This document shows, one piece after another, positions 29,379-39,082 of a stretch of DNA of 64,000 nt; position 1 is the stretch's first letter; every line of letters begins with the position of its first letter. Source of the DNA: Vulcanimicrobiota bacterium (GTDB lineage Bacteria; Vulcanimicrobiota; Xenobia; Xenobiales; JADMJV01); contig JBFWNU010000001.1 in NCBI GenBank assembly GCA_050250895.1, forward strand, positions 256,001 to 320,000. Reading direction: 5' to 3'. A model generated the notes under the pieces. That model made no database searches, was not told where the DNA came from, and worked only from the letters and a program-made list of their open reading frames with translations. Both the position numbers and the translations under genes were made by a program.

Positions 29379-30086
29379 ATGACCTGGGGGCAGGCTCTAG
29401 CTGACCGGGCCGAGAGCCTGTTCGCGGCGCACGCCGATGCCGAGAAGGCAACGCAGATGGCCGCCTACATGAAGGACCACTTCGCCTACTTCGGACTGCC
29501 TCAGCCAGCTCGCAAAGCCCTGGTGCGCGACCTCAAGCTGGGTCGACCCGACCGCGCCCAACTGCTGGCCAGCACCGAGGCCCTGTGGGCGAAAGAGCAA
29601 CGCGAATTGCATTATCTGGCCATCGACTTGCTGATCAAACACCAGAAGGTGCTCGAAGAGCAAGATCTGCCCTGGTTGCGAGGATTGTTGACCACCCACA
29701 GTTGGTGGGACAGCGTCGACCCTCTGGCCAGCCACGTGTTGGGGAGTCTGCTCTGGCGCTATCGCGAGCTGTGCTCGCACCTAGACGACTGGATCGCTTG
29801 CCCAAACCTCTGGTTGGCCCGTTCGGCGCTGCTCTTTCAGCTACGCTACAAAGACGAAACCGACTTCGAGCGGCTGTCGCGCTACATCCTGACGGTCTGC
29901 CACAGTGGCGAGTTCTTCTTGCGTAAAGCCATCGGTTGGGCGTTGCGCGAATATTCCAAGCACCAACCGGACCGGGTCGTCTCTTTTGTCGAAACCAACG
30001 CCGACAAACTCTCTGGACTGTCGCGGCGCGAGGCGCTTAAATGGTTGGAGCGCAAAAAAAAGTCCCGGTCGAAACCGGGAACCTAA
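29379..30086 (+). CDS. AlkD-family DNA alkylation repair protein
   Basis: M.AYMK..F.YFG, SWWDSVD, EFFLRKAIGWALREYSK, LS.LS.REALK. Confidence 0.92.
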   Translation: MTWGQALADRAESLFAAHADAEKATQMAAYMKDHFAYFGLPQPARKALVRDLKLGRPDRAQLLASTEALWAKEQRELHYLAIDLLIKHQKVLEEQDLPWLRGLLTTHSWWDSVDPLASHVLGSLLWRYRELCSHLDDWIACPNLWLARSALLFQLRYKDETDFERLSRYILTVCHSGEFFLRKAIGWALREYSKHQPDRVVSFVETNADKLSGLSRREALKWLERKKKSRSKPGT

Positions 30087-30134
30087 ACTGGAGGGTCCAC
30101 TTTGCGCGGGGATGCTCGCGCAGATGCTTGGTTG
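30054..30134 (-). ncRNA. Putative sRNA 1 (anti-SD seed)
   Basis: -10 TACACT (30140-30145, minus strand), hairpin TGCGCG..CGCGCA, seed GTGGACCCTCCAGT, terminator TCCCGGT-TTCG-ACCGGGA followed by T8; no ORF. Confidence 0.7.
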
Positions 30135-30224
30135 ACCTTAGTGTAGGCTGGAGTCCAGGGGTTCACAACCCGTCAATCCTGAACACGAAGTTACCGTTGT
30201 AAACAAGCTGTTAAATGAGACTAC

Positions 30225-30337
30225 AAAAAAAAGAGCCCGGTCTGTTCGAGCCGGACTACACTGGAGGGTCCACAACTTAGCGCTTGGCTGGGATACAAAC
30301 TTCGAGACGGGTTTGCCTCAGGAGCCGATCACCAATA
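30225..30337 (-). ncRNA. Putative sRNA 2 (paralogue of sRNA 1)
   Basis: -10 TACACT (30343-30348, minus strand), identical seed GTGGACCCTCCAGT (30260-30273), GTCCGG...CCGGGC hairpin followed by T8. Confidence 0.7.
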
Positions 30338-30438
30338 TCTAGAGTGTAGACCAGGGTGAAGCTTTGTTCGACCCGAAAACCTGAACAAGTCATTACAAAG
30401 ATTGCCATTTTGCTGCAAAATGTTACCAAAGGTCGCAC

Positions 30439-31860
30439 ATGACTGATGCCAATCGCCCCGCCGTCCTTTGGTGGGAGTTAGCCCTGGCCGTGCTGGCCTG
30501 GTTGCCAGCGGCCGCTTTATTCTACCGACCCAACATCACCTACCGCCACACCGCCGACCTGAGTCTCGATGGAGACGCCCAGACACTCGGCATCTGGCTG
30601 GTCCTGGCCTGCCTGGCGCTGGTGGCCACGCGCCCCTGGCAGAATCGCTCTCGCTACGGCACGGGAATTCGCTGGATCGGGGTCGTCAGCGCTGGCTGCG
30701 GACTTGCCCTGGTGGTCTTCTTCTTTTTGCCCTGGGGACGGTATCAGGCGATCAAGTTCGAGACCCATCGGCTCAACCTGCATGTCACCAACTACGAAGA
30801 CGGATTGCGGGGCGATCTTTCGCGTGAACTCTTCGACCCGCAGGTCGGTCCCTATCTGACTGCCGACGCGGCCCTGCTCAAGACGCTAGTCGAACGCGAC
30901 CAACTGCTCACCGAGCCTCTGGCGGCGCGGCTGGTTATGGCTAGCTTGCTCGATCAGGGTCTCGACTGGGACCAGTTGCGCGGCTTGCCGGGTGGAAAGA
31001 ATTTGCTGATGGGAGCCCTGCTGGCCGAGCCCGATGCCTGGCCCGACCAGCCGGCCACTCACCCACCGTTGCAGCCCGACCCCGAGCAGGGCCTGACCTG
31101 CGGCCTGTTCTCGCGCGAGCAGGTAGCCCGGACCCTCGCCGACTATGTCTCGACCCTCGACGGGGCCGACTGGCACGCCCTCGAACCGGCGGTGGTGGCC
31201 TGCATGCACTTTCCCGACCTGGCCACCGAGACCCAGCGAGCGCGGGTGTTCACCGCCTGGAGTAGCGCCTTTCGCGACGCCGGCCAACTGGCCGTCCAGG
31301 CGCTTTCGATGCGGGCCGAGCTGATCGACCTGCTCGGTTCAACCCGGACGGTGAGGCTGGCCGTGGTTACCAAGGGAGAGTTTCAGCAGAGCTACAAGGA
31401 GGAGCTGACCCGCGTCCTGCCACTCATGGCGGCCGGGCTGGTCCACGCCTGCGGGGTCAAGACCGTGCCCGCCCAACCCGACCAGGCCGACCTTCTGATC
31501 ACCCTCGAGCTGGGTGAGGTGCCCCACTATGACTGGTCTCGCCCCACCTATCGCTACGAGACGGTGGTGACCCAGCGCCGGGGTTACGGCCGCTATGCAA
31601 TCCCCCAGACGGTCACCGAAAGCCGGCGGGTTGCCGACGGCAGCGAGCGTATGACCGAATATGCGCCCACCGCCCGCGTTCTCTTTCGCTATGCTGGCAA
31701 AGAGATCGTGATGGGACCCTTGATCGTCCAATGGCACCGCTACTTCTACGACGCCGAGCAGCACCGCTACCCCGACTCGCCCGACGACCTCTACGGCCGC
31801 CTCTGGCCGCTGGGCGTCCACCTCGACTGGTTCCTCTTCAAGCGCCCCGACGAGTATTAG
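30439..31860 (+). CDS. Hypothetical membrane protein (three N-terminal TM helices)
   Basis: 473-aa ORF with host-like codon usage; no family recognised. Confidence 0.75.
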   Translation: MTDANRPAVLWWELALAVLAWLPAAALFYRPNITYRHTADLSLDGDAQTLGIWLVLACLALVATRPWQNRSRYGTGIRWIGVVSAGCGLALVVFFFLPWGRYQAIKFETHRLNLHVTNYEDGLRGDLSRELFDPQVGPYLTADAALLKTLVERDQLLTEPLAARLVMASLLDQGLDWDQLRGLPGGKNLLMGALLAEPDAWPDQPATHPPLQPDPEQGLTCGLFSREQVARTLADYVSTLDGADWHALEPAVVACMHFPDLATETQRARVFTAWSSAFRDAGQLAVQALSMRAELIDLLGSTRTVRLAVVTKGEFQQSYKEELTRVLPLMAAGLVHACGVKTVPAQPDQADLLITLELGEVPHYDWSRPTYRYETVVTQRRGYGRYAIPQTVTESRRVADGSERMTEYAPTARVLFRYAGKEIVMGPLIVQWHRYFYDAEQHRYPDSPDDLYGRLWPLGVHLDWFLFKRPDEY

Positions 31861-31866
31861 CCAGGC

Positions 31867-32751
31867 TCAGCGGGTGAACCAACCGCCCGGCAATCGCCAG
31901 CTATGGCCAGGTCCGGAAGACTCGTTACGCCAACGTTGGCGGGCGTTTTCAACCTCGGCGTCGCTGGAATACTCGGACGGCTCTTCTCGCACGCCATCAG
32001 GCCCGAAGATGCGATAGGCTATGTGGAATCGGCGAGGCAGTGTGTTCAAGGCAGACAGGCGAGCGATGTGGGCGAACTCCGCTTTGACCCTGGCTACCTC
32101 CTCGGCATCTCCTTCGACAGTGAGCAGGTTGCGAGACCCGTCGAGAGCGCAGCGAGAACCTGGCACAAACGTCCAGAGATACTGGGCCATTTCCTCCATA
32201 TTGGGGTCCCAGACTCTGTCAGTGAACGGAGATGGCGGAGGCACGCAATCCAGGTAAGGCAGGTCTTGCCCCATTCCTTTCAGGCTCTCGAGTGGACCCG
32301 AGACGTAGAACCCATTGTGTGTCTCGTGGGGCAAGAATCGCAGCTCAGGATACCGCTGACCCAGCAACTCCCTCACTCGTCGATGATAAGCCCTATCGAG
32401 CAAAACCTCGATAGGTTGCTCGCCCGGAGCGATTCTGAGGTCCCGGCAACCTGAACAGACACCGGTGCTGATATACAAGGTGTCGCCATACTGCCTGGAC
32501 CAGCCGCCGCAGACTCGCAGGACCTGTTCCAACGCCCGTTCCACCGGAGCATTCTCGACTCTGAGCGACACGGTGCCGCGAAATCGATCAGAGACCACCA
32601 CCGGGCGATCAAGCTGGTTCGCCAGTGTCTCCACCACGAACCGAAGGTCGACCTCGATGAAGTCGTAGGACACGCGCTTTCCCTCTTGGGCAACGGCGGG
32701 CAACAAGCAAAGAGCCAGCAGTAGACCCGCTTGAAAAAGCCTGGCGAGCAT
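31867..32751 (-). CDS. Secretin N-terminal (STN/N-domain) protein without the secretin barrel
   Basis: Signal peptide; VSYDF..VDLR.V...LA......VVV.....G.VSL.V.N.P...AL..VL; N-domain D..RN.L.V.G..EEV..V; ATG 32751 overlaps the upstream TGA. Confidence 0.7.
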   Translation of the reverse strand: MLARLFQAGLLLALCLLPAVAQEGKRVSYDFIEVDLRFVVETLANQLDRPVVVSDRFRGTVSLRVENAPVERALEQVLRVCGGWSRQYGDTLYISTGVCSGCRDLRIAPGEQPIEVLLDRAYHRRVRELLGQRYPELRFLPHETHNGFYVSGPLESLKGMGQDLPYLDCVPPPSPFTDRVWDPNMEEMAQYLWTFVPGSRCALDGSRNLLTVEGDAEEVARVKAEFAHIARLSALNTLPRRFHIAYRIFGPDGVREEPSEYSSDAEVENARQRWRNESSGPGHSWRLPGGWFTR

Positions 32752-34223
32752 CAGCGGAAACGCCACTCGGGATGGTAGCCGCGGACGTAGACGAAGGCAT
32801 TGGGGAAGAAGTCGGTGTAACCGCCATCGAGATTGTTCTCTGCTACACCCTGCAAAACCATGTAGGGTCCATGGACCGCCTCTTCCACGTCCACCAGCTT
32901 GAAAAGGTAGGTCCTCTCCCAGGTTGGCAATGGCTCGCTGCTGATGGTCCGACCATCGTCGCCGAGTTCGCGCTGGGTACCACCCTGCCCGTGCAAGGTC
33001 AGCCGATTTTCACTCACCGAATAAGTGCCCCTCTCCTCTAGGGCCCAATACTGTCCCGAGTTCACTTTGGCCTCGCGTAGAAAGAGATAGGTGCCATCGC
33101 GGCCCAGCGCCAGGATTCTGCTGTCATAGCCGCCTTCACTCAACGGGATCCATTCTCCATGGAGGTAACGCGGGGAGCTGTAGTCCGCAGCGGCCCATTC
33201 GCCGCGGAGAGCGCCCTGGAGCTGGATCGAGTCGACAAAGTCATCGAGGTGGGGAAGCAGTGACTGGTCGTTGAACAAGGCCACGATACTCGACTGTTTG
33301 CCGTAACCACAAAAAAGGACGAGCATCAGGCGCGCCGGCTGCCCCTCTCGTTCAATTTCAGCGTTGCCAACTCTCACTTGCCAGCCTTCTCGGGTAGACT
33401 TCGCTTCTGGCATTGGGGCTGGACCAGCGCCGAAGGTGCGTTGGGCCAGATCCGCCCAGGCCGCCTCGTAATCGGCCCCTGGATTCCCCTCGCTCACCTT
33501 CAAGGCGTAGACTGCGATCACACCATAGGCCTTCCCCTCGGCACGACTATAAACCGTCACATCAGGCTCTCTGGTCAGCAACTTCCAGCCCTCCGTCCGT
33601 GTCCATCGAACGTCTGGAGGATTCCCATTGGCAAGACGAATTCGTCGCGCGGTCGAACAGGCCAGATAGACCCCAGAGTCCGGCCCGAAGTACCGAAACG
33701 ACTTCACCACCTCCTCAAAAGGCCTGGCGCCTTTGTCAAGACTGGTTTGGTCAGGAGCTGACAAAATCACGTAGCCGTAAACCTCAGGCGCGTCGATGTA
33801 GGCCACTCGTCTAACCTTCCCGGCCCCGTCTCCTCTAAACTCTCGCACTCTAGCCGCTCGGCCGTCACTCGTGCGAATGACAGGGAGGTCGATGTGGGGC
33901 ACTTCCGAGACGCTTGACCCAGCGCGCCGAATGGGGTCGTCGGCCATAACATCGTCGAGCGCTCGCCCCCACTTGTTCTTTATCGATGCGAAGATGACGG
34001 TCGAGTCGGTCCCGTTCCGTGCCTCTCCAGATGGATAGATGACAGCGGAAGACGCCCCACCTCGACGGCTCTCTGGCTCGAAGGTCCAACCGGTAGGTGC
34101 AGCGACTTGAAAAGCCGCCTCGCGACCGAGGATGACCTCGGTGTCTCGTTGCTCGTCCGCAGCTAAGAGGGGCCCAACGCGGAGCAAGACCAAGAGTAGG
34201 AACATTTGTCGACGGAGAACCAT
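32751..34223 (-). CDS. Hypothetical secreted multidomain protein (PsbP/Mog1-like beta domains possible)
   Basis: ATG 34223 with GAGGGG RBS, signal peptide, F....P.GW...FEEVVKSF repeats; lower-GC codon usage. Confidence 0.6.
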   Translation of the reverse strand: MVLRRQMFLLLVLLRVGPLLAADEQRDTEVILGREAAFQVAAPTGWTFEPESRRGGASSAVIYPSGEARNGTDSTVIFASIKNKWGRALDDVMADDPIRRAGSSVSEVPHIDLPVIRTSDGRAARVREFRGDGAGKVRRVAYIDAPEVYGYVILSAPDQTSLDKGARPFEEVVKSFRYFGPDSGVYLACSTARRIRLANGNPPDVRWTRTEGWKLLTREPDVTVYSRAEGKAYGVIAVYALKVSEGNPGADYEAAWADLAQRTFGAGPAPMPEAKSTREGWQVRVGNAEIEREGQPARLMLVLFCGYGKQSSIVALFNDQSLLPHLDDFVDSIQLQGALRGEWAAADYSSPRYLHGEWIPLSEGGYDSRILALGRDGTYLFLREAKVNSGQYWALEERGTYSVSENRLTLHGQGGTQRELGDDGRTISSEPLPTWERTYLFKLVDVEEAVHGPYMVLQGVAENNLDGGYTDFFPNAFVYVRGYHPEWRFR

Positions 34224-34411
34224 AGCCCCTCGTTTTTTGCAAATGCAGGTCAATTGCCTTTGAGGAAGTTCGGAGGAAGCTAAATTCGGTTGGCTCGAAA
34301 GAGACTCGGCCCCGATAGAGTCCCTCACGAGCGGAACAGGTCCGCCTCTTCCCAGTAGCCGATCCTAGAACTTCGTCCCCGTTTCGGTGAGGATCCCGAG
34401 GCCGTGTTCCT

Positions 34412-35539
34412 CTAGCCGCGGCGCCCAATCTCGTGAGCAAGCTCAGGGGGTAGTCTATCGCCCTGGCGGGCGGCCCAGTCGGCCAGAGGGGTGGGTACCT
34501 GGTCGCCCACCCAAACGAAGCGTTTCAGGGCGTCCACCGCTTCGCGCAGCTCGAGATAGGGAGCCAGCCCCTCGACGGCCAGAGCCACCTCGTCATCGCC
34601 GCACGGGTAGGGCGGCTCGATGTAGGTGCAGAGGGTTCGACGGCTGCGTTCGTGGGTCAGCCAGCGCAGGGCCTCCAGGCGACCCTCGAGGTCATCGCGG
34701 TCTTTAGGGCGGCGGCAGGGTCGCAGGGCCGACTCGAGCATGCCGACCAGCTCGTTGGCCCCTTTCGAGAGGCAGTCTTCGAAAAGCTCGAGATGGTCGA
34801 GCAAGTGGTCGGTGTAGCCCACATCGAACTGGCTGCGCAGGAAGTCGGCCACGAACACCTGCACCTCGTGGGTCAGCTCGAGAAAGCGATAGATCAGCAC
34901 CCGGGTGCAAAGGGCCCGGCGCTTGGACTCACGCCCGATGGCCGTGCGCACGCCGATCATGGCCTGCTTGGCATACTCCTCCACGGCCTGGCGCGACGCC
35001 TGGTCGGCCACTTCGAGCAGCAGCTTGACGGTGGCCGCATCGCCCAGCGAGAGCGAGAACAACAGGCCGGCAGTGCCGCCCGGCCAGAAAGCGTTCTCGT
35101 TGCCAAAGTCGAGCACGGCCCGGCGCAGCTCGAGATCGTCGCTGCAGATCATCTTGCCAATGAGGCCGGCCAGGGCCTTGTCGAGTTCGGGCGAGGCCGC
35201 TCGCATGCGCTCGAGCAAAGCCGGCAGCCAGACCACGTTCTCCAGGCGGGCGTGGGGCCAGCCGTCCATGGCCCTGGCAATGGCCAGACGGTCGGCCGGA
35301 TTTTCGTCATAAGCGGTCAGCAACTGCTCGACCCCTAGCTTTTCGTAGGGCCCTTCGGCGCGGCGGGTGGGCTGGCGGTGCTCGAAAGTCAAGCTCGGCT
35401 CGATGCGTCGCAGGCGCACGAAGATACGGCTGGGAGTGCCGCAAAACTCGCAGGTCACGATGGCTTCGCTGGCCTCGAGTTGTAGAGCCGCTCCGCAGCC
35501 CGGACAGATGGCCCGCTCGGCCCGCGGCGTGTAGCGCAT
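34412..35539 (-). CDS. Zinc-ribbon + helical-repeat protein
   Basis: ATG 35539 coupled to the E1 stop; CPGCGA.L......VTCEFCG, then HEAT-like helices. Confidence 0.75.
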   Translation of the reverse strand: MRYTPRAERAICPGCGAALQLEASEAIVTCEFCGTPSRIFVRLRRIEPSLTFEHRQPTRRAEGPYEKLGVEQLLTAYDENPADRLAIARAMDGWPHARLENVVWLPALLERMRAASPELDKALAGLIGKMICSDDLELRRAVLDFGNENAFWPGGTAGLLFSLSLGDAATVKLLLEVADQASRQAVEEYAKQAMIGVRTAIGRESKRRALCTRVLIYRFLELTHEVQVFVADFLRSQFDVGYTDHLLDHLELFEDCLSKGANELVGMLESALRPCRRPKDRDDLEGRLEALRWLTHERSRRTLCTYIEPPYPCGDDEVALAVEGLAPYLELREAVDALKRFVWVGDQVPTPLADWAARQGDRLPPELAHEIGRRG

Positions 35540-37416
35540 CAGTAGGCCACCAGCCGCTCCAGGGTTGCCTCCAGCCGGCTCTCGGCCAAAAACTCGCGCT
35601 CGAGCTCTTTGTGGAAGGGCACGGGGGTGTCCAGCGAAGCGCAGCGCATGACCGGGGCGTCGAGGTATTCGAAGCACTCTTCGCCGATGCGAGCGGCCAA
35701 CTCGGCCCCGAACCCTCCCGTCAGAGTGTCTTCGTGCAACACCAGCACCTTGCCCGTGTGGCGGCACTGCTTGGATACCGTTTCGAAGTCCAGCGGAACC
35801 AGGCTGCGCAGGTCGACCACTCCGACCTGGAGTTCGGGACGGCGGGCTAGCAGGTCAAGAGCCCAGTGGACTCCCAGGCCATAGGTGACGATGGTGGCTT
35901 GCGAGCCGCTCTTGACCACCCTGGCCTGGCCCAGGGGGCAACGATAGCTGCCCTCGGGCACCGGGCCTTTGAGGCGGCGATAGAGGGCTTTGTGCTCGAA
36001 AAACAAGACCGGGTTGGGGTCGTCCACGGCCGCCAGCAACATGCCCTTGGCCTCGTGAGGAAAAGCCGGGTAGACCACTTTCAGGCCGGGCACGTGGGTG
36101 AAAAATGCCTCGAGCGACTGGGAGTGGAAGGGACCGGCCCCCACTCCCCCACCGGTGGGAAAGCGGATCACCACGGGCACGGTCTGACCCCAGCGGTAGT
36201 GAGCCTTGGCCAGGTTATTGATGAGCTGGTTGAAGGCGCAACTGGCGAAATCGGCAAACTGCATCTCGACGATGCTGGGCCGGCCGCGGATGGCCAGTCC
36301 CAGGGCCGCGCCGACCACCGCCGACTCGCACAGGGGAGTGTTGCGCACGCGCCCCGGGAAGCGGTGACAGAGGCCTTCGGTAATCTTGAACACCCCGCCG
36401 TATTCGGCCACATCCTGACCCATGATGACCAGGCCGGGGTGCTCCTCGAGGGCGATACGATGGGCCTCGGTCAGAGCGTCGATGTATCGTCGCTCGGGGC
36501 CCGCCGCGACCGGCTCGGGATAGATTGGCGCGGGAGCCAACACCTCGGGACCCGGACCCGGCAAAGGGGCCTCGAGAGCTTTTTCCCAGGCCGTGGCAAT
36601 CTGCTGACGAAGGTCGGTGTGGTCGAGGTCGACGCCGGCCACCGCCAGGGGATCACGCTCGGCCCAGTGCGCCAGCAAAGCCTCGGGTACATAGGCGGTT
36701 CCCGAGGCCTCTTCGTGCCCGCGCATGCGAAAGGTCAAAGCCTCGACCAGGGCCGGGCGGGGTTGCTCGCGCCGCTCATCAGCCAGTCGCTTGATCAGGT
36801 GGTAAACGGCCTGCACATCGTTGCCGTCCACCTGATGAGCCTCGATGCCATAGCCGATTCCCTTGTCGACCAGGTGGCGGCAGCGGAACTGCTGGTCGAT
36901 GGGGGTCGAGAGAGCGTAGCCGTTGTTCTCGATCAGGAAGATGACGGGCAGATCCCAGACGGCGGCCAGGTTGAGGGCTTCGTGAAAGTCTCCCTCGCTG
37001 GTCCCTCCCTCTCCGCTGAAGGCCAGTACCACCCGTCCAGAACCGTCGAGTTTTTCGGCCAGGGCGATGCCATCGGCTACGCCCAACTGGGCGCCCAGGT
37101 GCGAAATCATCCCCACGATGTGGTACTCGGGAGCCCCAAAATGAAACGAGCGGTCGCGACCCCAGGTGAAGCCGCCGTCGCGCCCCAGGATCTGGGCAAA
37201 GATGCGCTCGAGGGGGACGGCCCGCGAGGTGAAGACTCCCAGGTTGCGATGCAGTGGCAGAATGAAGTCGTGGGGCTCGAGCGCCAGGGTGGCTCCCACC
37301 GCGATGGCCTCCTGGCCGATACCGGAGAACCACTTCGAAAGCTGCCCCTGACGCAGGGCCAGCAGCATGCGCTCTTCCACCAGGCGGGGCAGCACCAGGC
37401 CCTCTCGCACGTCCAT
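35539..37416 (-). CDS. Fused 2-oxoacid (probably branched-chain) dehydrogenase E1 alpha/beta
   Basis: GQEA, TPP motif GEGGTSEGDFHEALN...ENNGYA, RMRGHEE; beta part GQDVAEYGGVF, EMQFADF, GPFHSQ. Confidence 0.93.
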   Translation of the reverse strand: MDVREGLVLPRLVEERMLLALRQGQLSKWFSGIGQEAIAVGATLALEPHDFILPLHRNLGVFTSRAVPLERIFAQILGRDGGFTWGRDRSFHFGAPEYHIVGMISHLGAQLGVADGIALAEKLDGSGRVVLAFSGEGGTSEGDFHEALNLAAVWDLPVIFLIENNGYALSTPIDQQFRCRHLVDKGIGYGIEAHQVDGNDVQAVYHLIKRLADERREQPRPALVEALTFRMRGHEEASGTAYVPEALLAHWAERDPLAVAGVDLDHTDLRQQIATAWEKALEAPLPGPGPEVLAPAPIYPEPVAAGPERRYIDALTEAHRIALEEHPGLVIMGQDVAEYGGVFKITEGLCHRFPGRVRNTPLCESAVVGAALGLAIRGRPSIVEMQFADFASCAFNQLINNLAKAHYRWGQTVPVVIRFPTGGGVGAGPFHSQSLEAFFTHVPGLKVVYPAFPHEAKGMLLAAVDDPNPVLFFEHKALYRRLKGPVPEGSYRCPLGQARVVKSGSQATIVTYGLGVHWALDLLARRPELQVGVVDLRSLVPLDFETVSKQCRHTGKVLVLHEDTLTGGFGAELAARIGEECFEYLDAPVMRCASLDTPVPFHKELEREFLAESRLEATLERLVAY

Positions 37417-37476
37417 CCGAGGGCGTTTGTCGAGAGCCAACCAGGTTCCTTTGCCTGCTTGACGAACAGGCCGTTA

Positions 37477-39048
37477 GTGACCTGGCTGCAGGCGGAAACG
37501 GTTCGACTGGGGGATCTCTTGCGGGGCAAAAGCTTCGTCATCCCCGCCTTTCAGCGTGGCTACGCCTGGGGCTCCGAGCAGGTTCAGGCCCTGCTCGACG
37601 ATATATTCTCGCCGCGCTACTCTGATTTGGGCAACTATTTTCTGGGGGCGGTGGTGCTCGAGCAAGAGAGCCCCAATCGCTTTCGGGTGGTCGATGGGCA
37701 ACAGCGTCTGGTCACGGCCTCGTTGTTGCTGGCCGCCCTGGCCGTCAAAAATGCCGCCCTAAAGACCTTTCTCTGGCAAGCATCAGGTGAGCCCGTGCTG
37801 CAACTGCGCAATCGCGATCTCGAGGTCTATGCCCGGCTTCTGAAAGAGCCCGCCAAAGCCCGCAAATCAACCCCCCTCGGCCAGGCCATGGTGGTCCTCT
37901 GCAACTTTCTCGATAACCAGCCCGCCAAGAAGCAAAAAAGACTGGCTTTCACTCTGCTCGAGCAGTGCGAAATGGTCCGCATCGTGGCCCCTGACGGAGG
38001 CCGCGCTTTCCAGATCTTCGAGACCCTCAATCAGCGCGGCCTCGAGCTCTCCTCTCCTGACCTGACCAAGAACAAGTTTCTGTGGAGCGCCACCGACGAG
38101 GCCCTACCTGAAGTCACCCGGCTGTGGGGCCAGTTAGAAGACTTGCTGGGCGACGAGCTCCCCCGCTTTTTGCGCCATTTCTGGTGCGCCTTCGTAGAGC
38201 CGGTCTCGCAGGCCCAGCTGTATGAAGCCGTGCGACGCCATCTGGACGCCCGCGCCCCCGACCAGGTGCTCGAGCTCACCCGGGCTTTGTGGACCTCGGC
38301 CCAGCACTATCAGGTGCTGCTCAACCCCGACGACCCCAAGGTGAGCTGCCCGGCCCGAGCCCGTCGCCCGCTCGAGTTGCTCAAAGCTTTCGGAGCCAAG
38401 ACCTGCCGGCCGCTGCTACTGCTCGGCTGGCGTCTCTATCCGCAAGAGCTGTCCTGGCTGGCCCGCCTGTGCGAAGTCATCACGGTACGCTCGCGGTTGT
38501 TGACCGGGTCGGTCACGCCGGCCGCCCTCGAATCGGCCTATGCGCGCACCTGTCGATTGGTGCGCGAGCGCCTGGCCTTAGAGCTGGGGGTCTCCGACTT
38601 CGATGCCTTCGGAGTGACGGCCCTGATGGCCCTCAACTCGGCGGTGCTGGCCGAGCTGGGCCCGCTGGTGGTGGAGGACAAGAAGCTGCTGTCGGGCTTT
38701 AAAGACCTGCGCCTCAACCGGCTGGACCAGCGCTGGAGGACCTTCCTCAGCCAGCTGCTCGACCTCGAGCAGGCCGACCAGCTCGAGGTCAAACACCTGC
38801 TGGCCACCGACTTGCCCAACTCGCACCTCAAAGCCCTGGGCATTTCGCGGGCTCAGAGCCAGCGCTGGCTGCACAGCCCGGCCAATATGACTTTCGTCGA
38901 GACGGGCGGATCGCTCGAGCAGTCGAGCCTCGAGATCAATCACTCGTTGACCAAGGACTGGGACCTCGAGTCGCTCAAGGCGCGCCAGGCTGAACTGGCC
39001 GAACGGCTGCTGCGACGCTGGCCCAACCTCAAAGACCTGGGCTTGTAG
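37477..39048 (+). CDS. GmrSD-like protein: DUF262 + eroded DUF1524/HNH
   Basis: IPAFQRGYAW, VVDGQQRL, FETLNQRG..LS..DL.KN; the C-terminal HNH region reads EVKHLL...SPANM. Confidence 0.8.
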   Translation: MTWLQAETVRLGDLLRGKSFVIPAFQRGYAWGSEQVQALLDDIFSPRYSDLGNYFLGAVVLEQESPNRFRVVDGQQRLVTASLLLAALAVKNAALKTFLWQASGEPVLQLRNRDLEVYARLLKEPAKARKSTPLGQAMVVLCNFLDNQPAKKQKRLAFTLLEQCEMVRIVAPDGGRAFQIFETLNQRGLELSSPDLTKNKFLWSATDEALPEVTRLWGQLEDLLGDELPRFLRHFWCAFVEPVSQAQLYEAVRRHLDARAPDQVLELTRALWTSAQHYQVLLNPDDPKVSCPARARRPLELLKAFGAKTCRPLLLLGWRLYPQELSWLARLCEVITVRSRLLTGSVTPAALESAYARTCRLVRERLALELGVSDFDAFGVTALMALNSAVLAELGPLVVEDKKLLSGFKDLRLNRLDQRWRTFLSQLLDLEQADQLEVKHLLATDLPNSHLKALGISRAQSQRWLHSPANMTFVETGGSLEQSSLEINHSLTKDWDLESLKARQAELAERLLRRWPNLKDLGL

Positions 39049-39082
39049 GAAGATCTCGCCACGGCCTGCGACCAGAGGACGT

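Noticed and set aside
30260-30325. GGCAAACCC...GAA on the minus strand, resembling a c-di-GMP-I riboswitch
   Set aside because: The GNRA loop/receptor and GACGCAAAGC core are missing, and no downstream gene is placed for cis control; the sibling-sRNA reading fits better.
35866-37476. N-terminal half of the 1060-aa ORF 35866..39048, which looks like a giant fusion to DUF262
   Set aside because: It is the antisense shadow of the E1 dehydrogenase gene; recognisable DUF262 sequence starts only near 37477.
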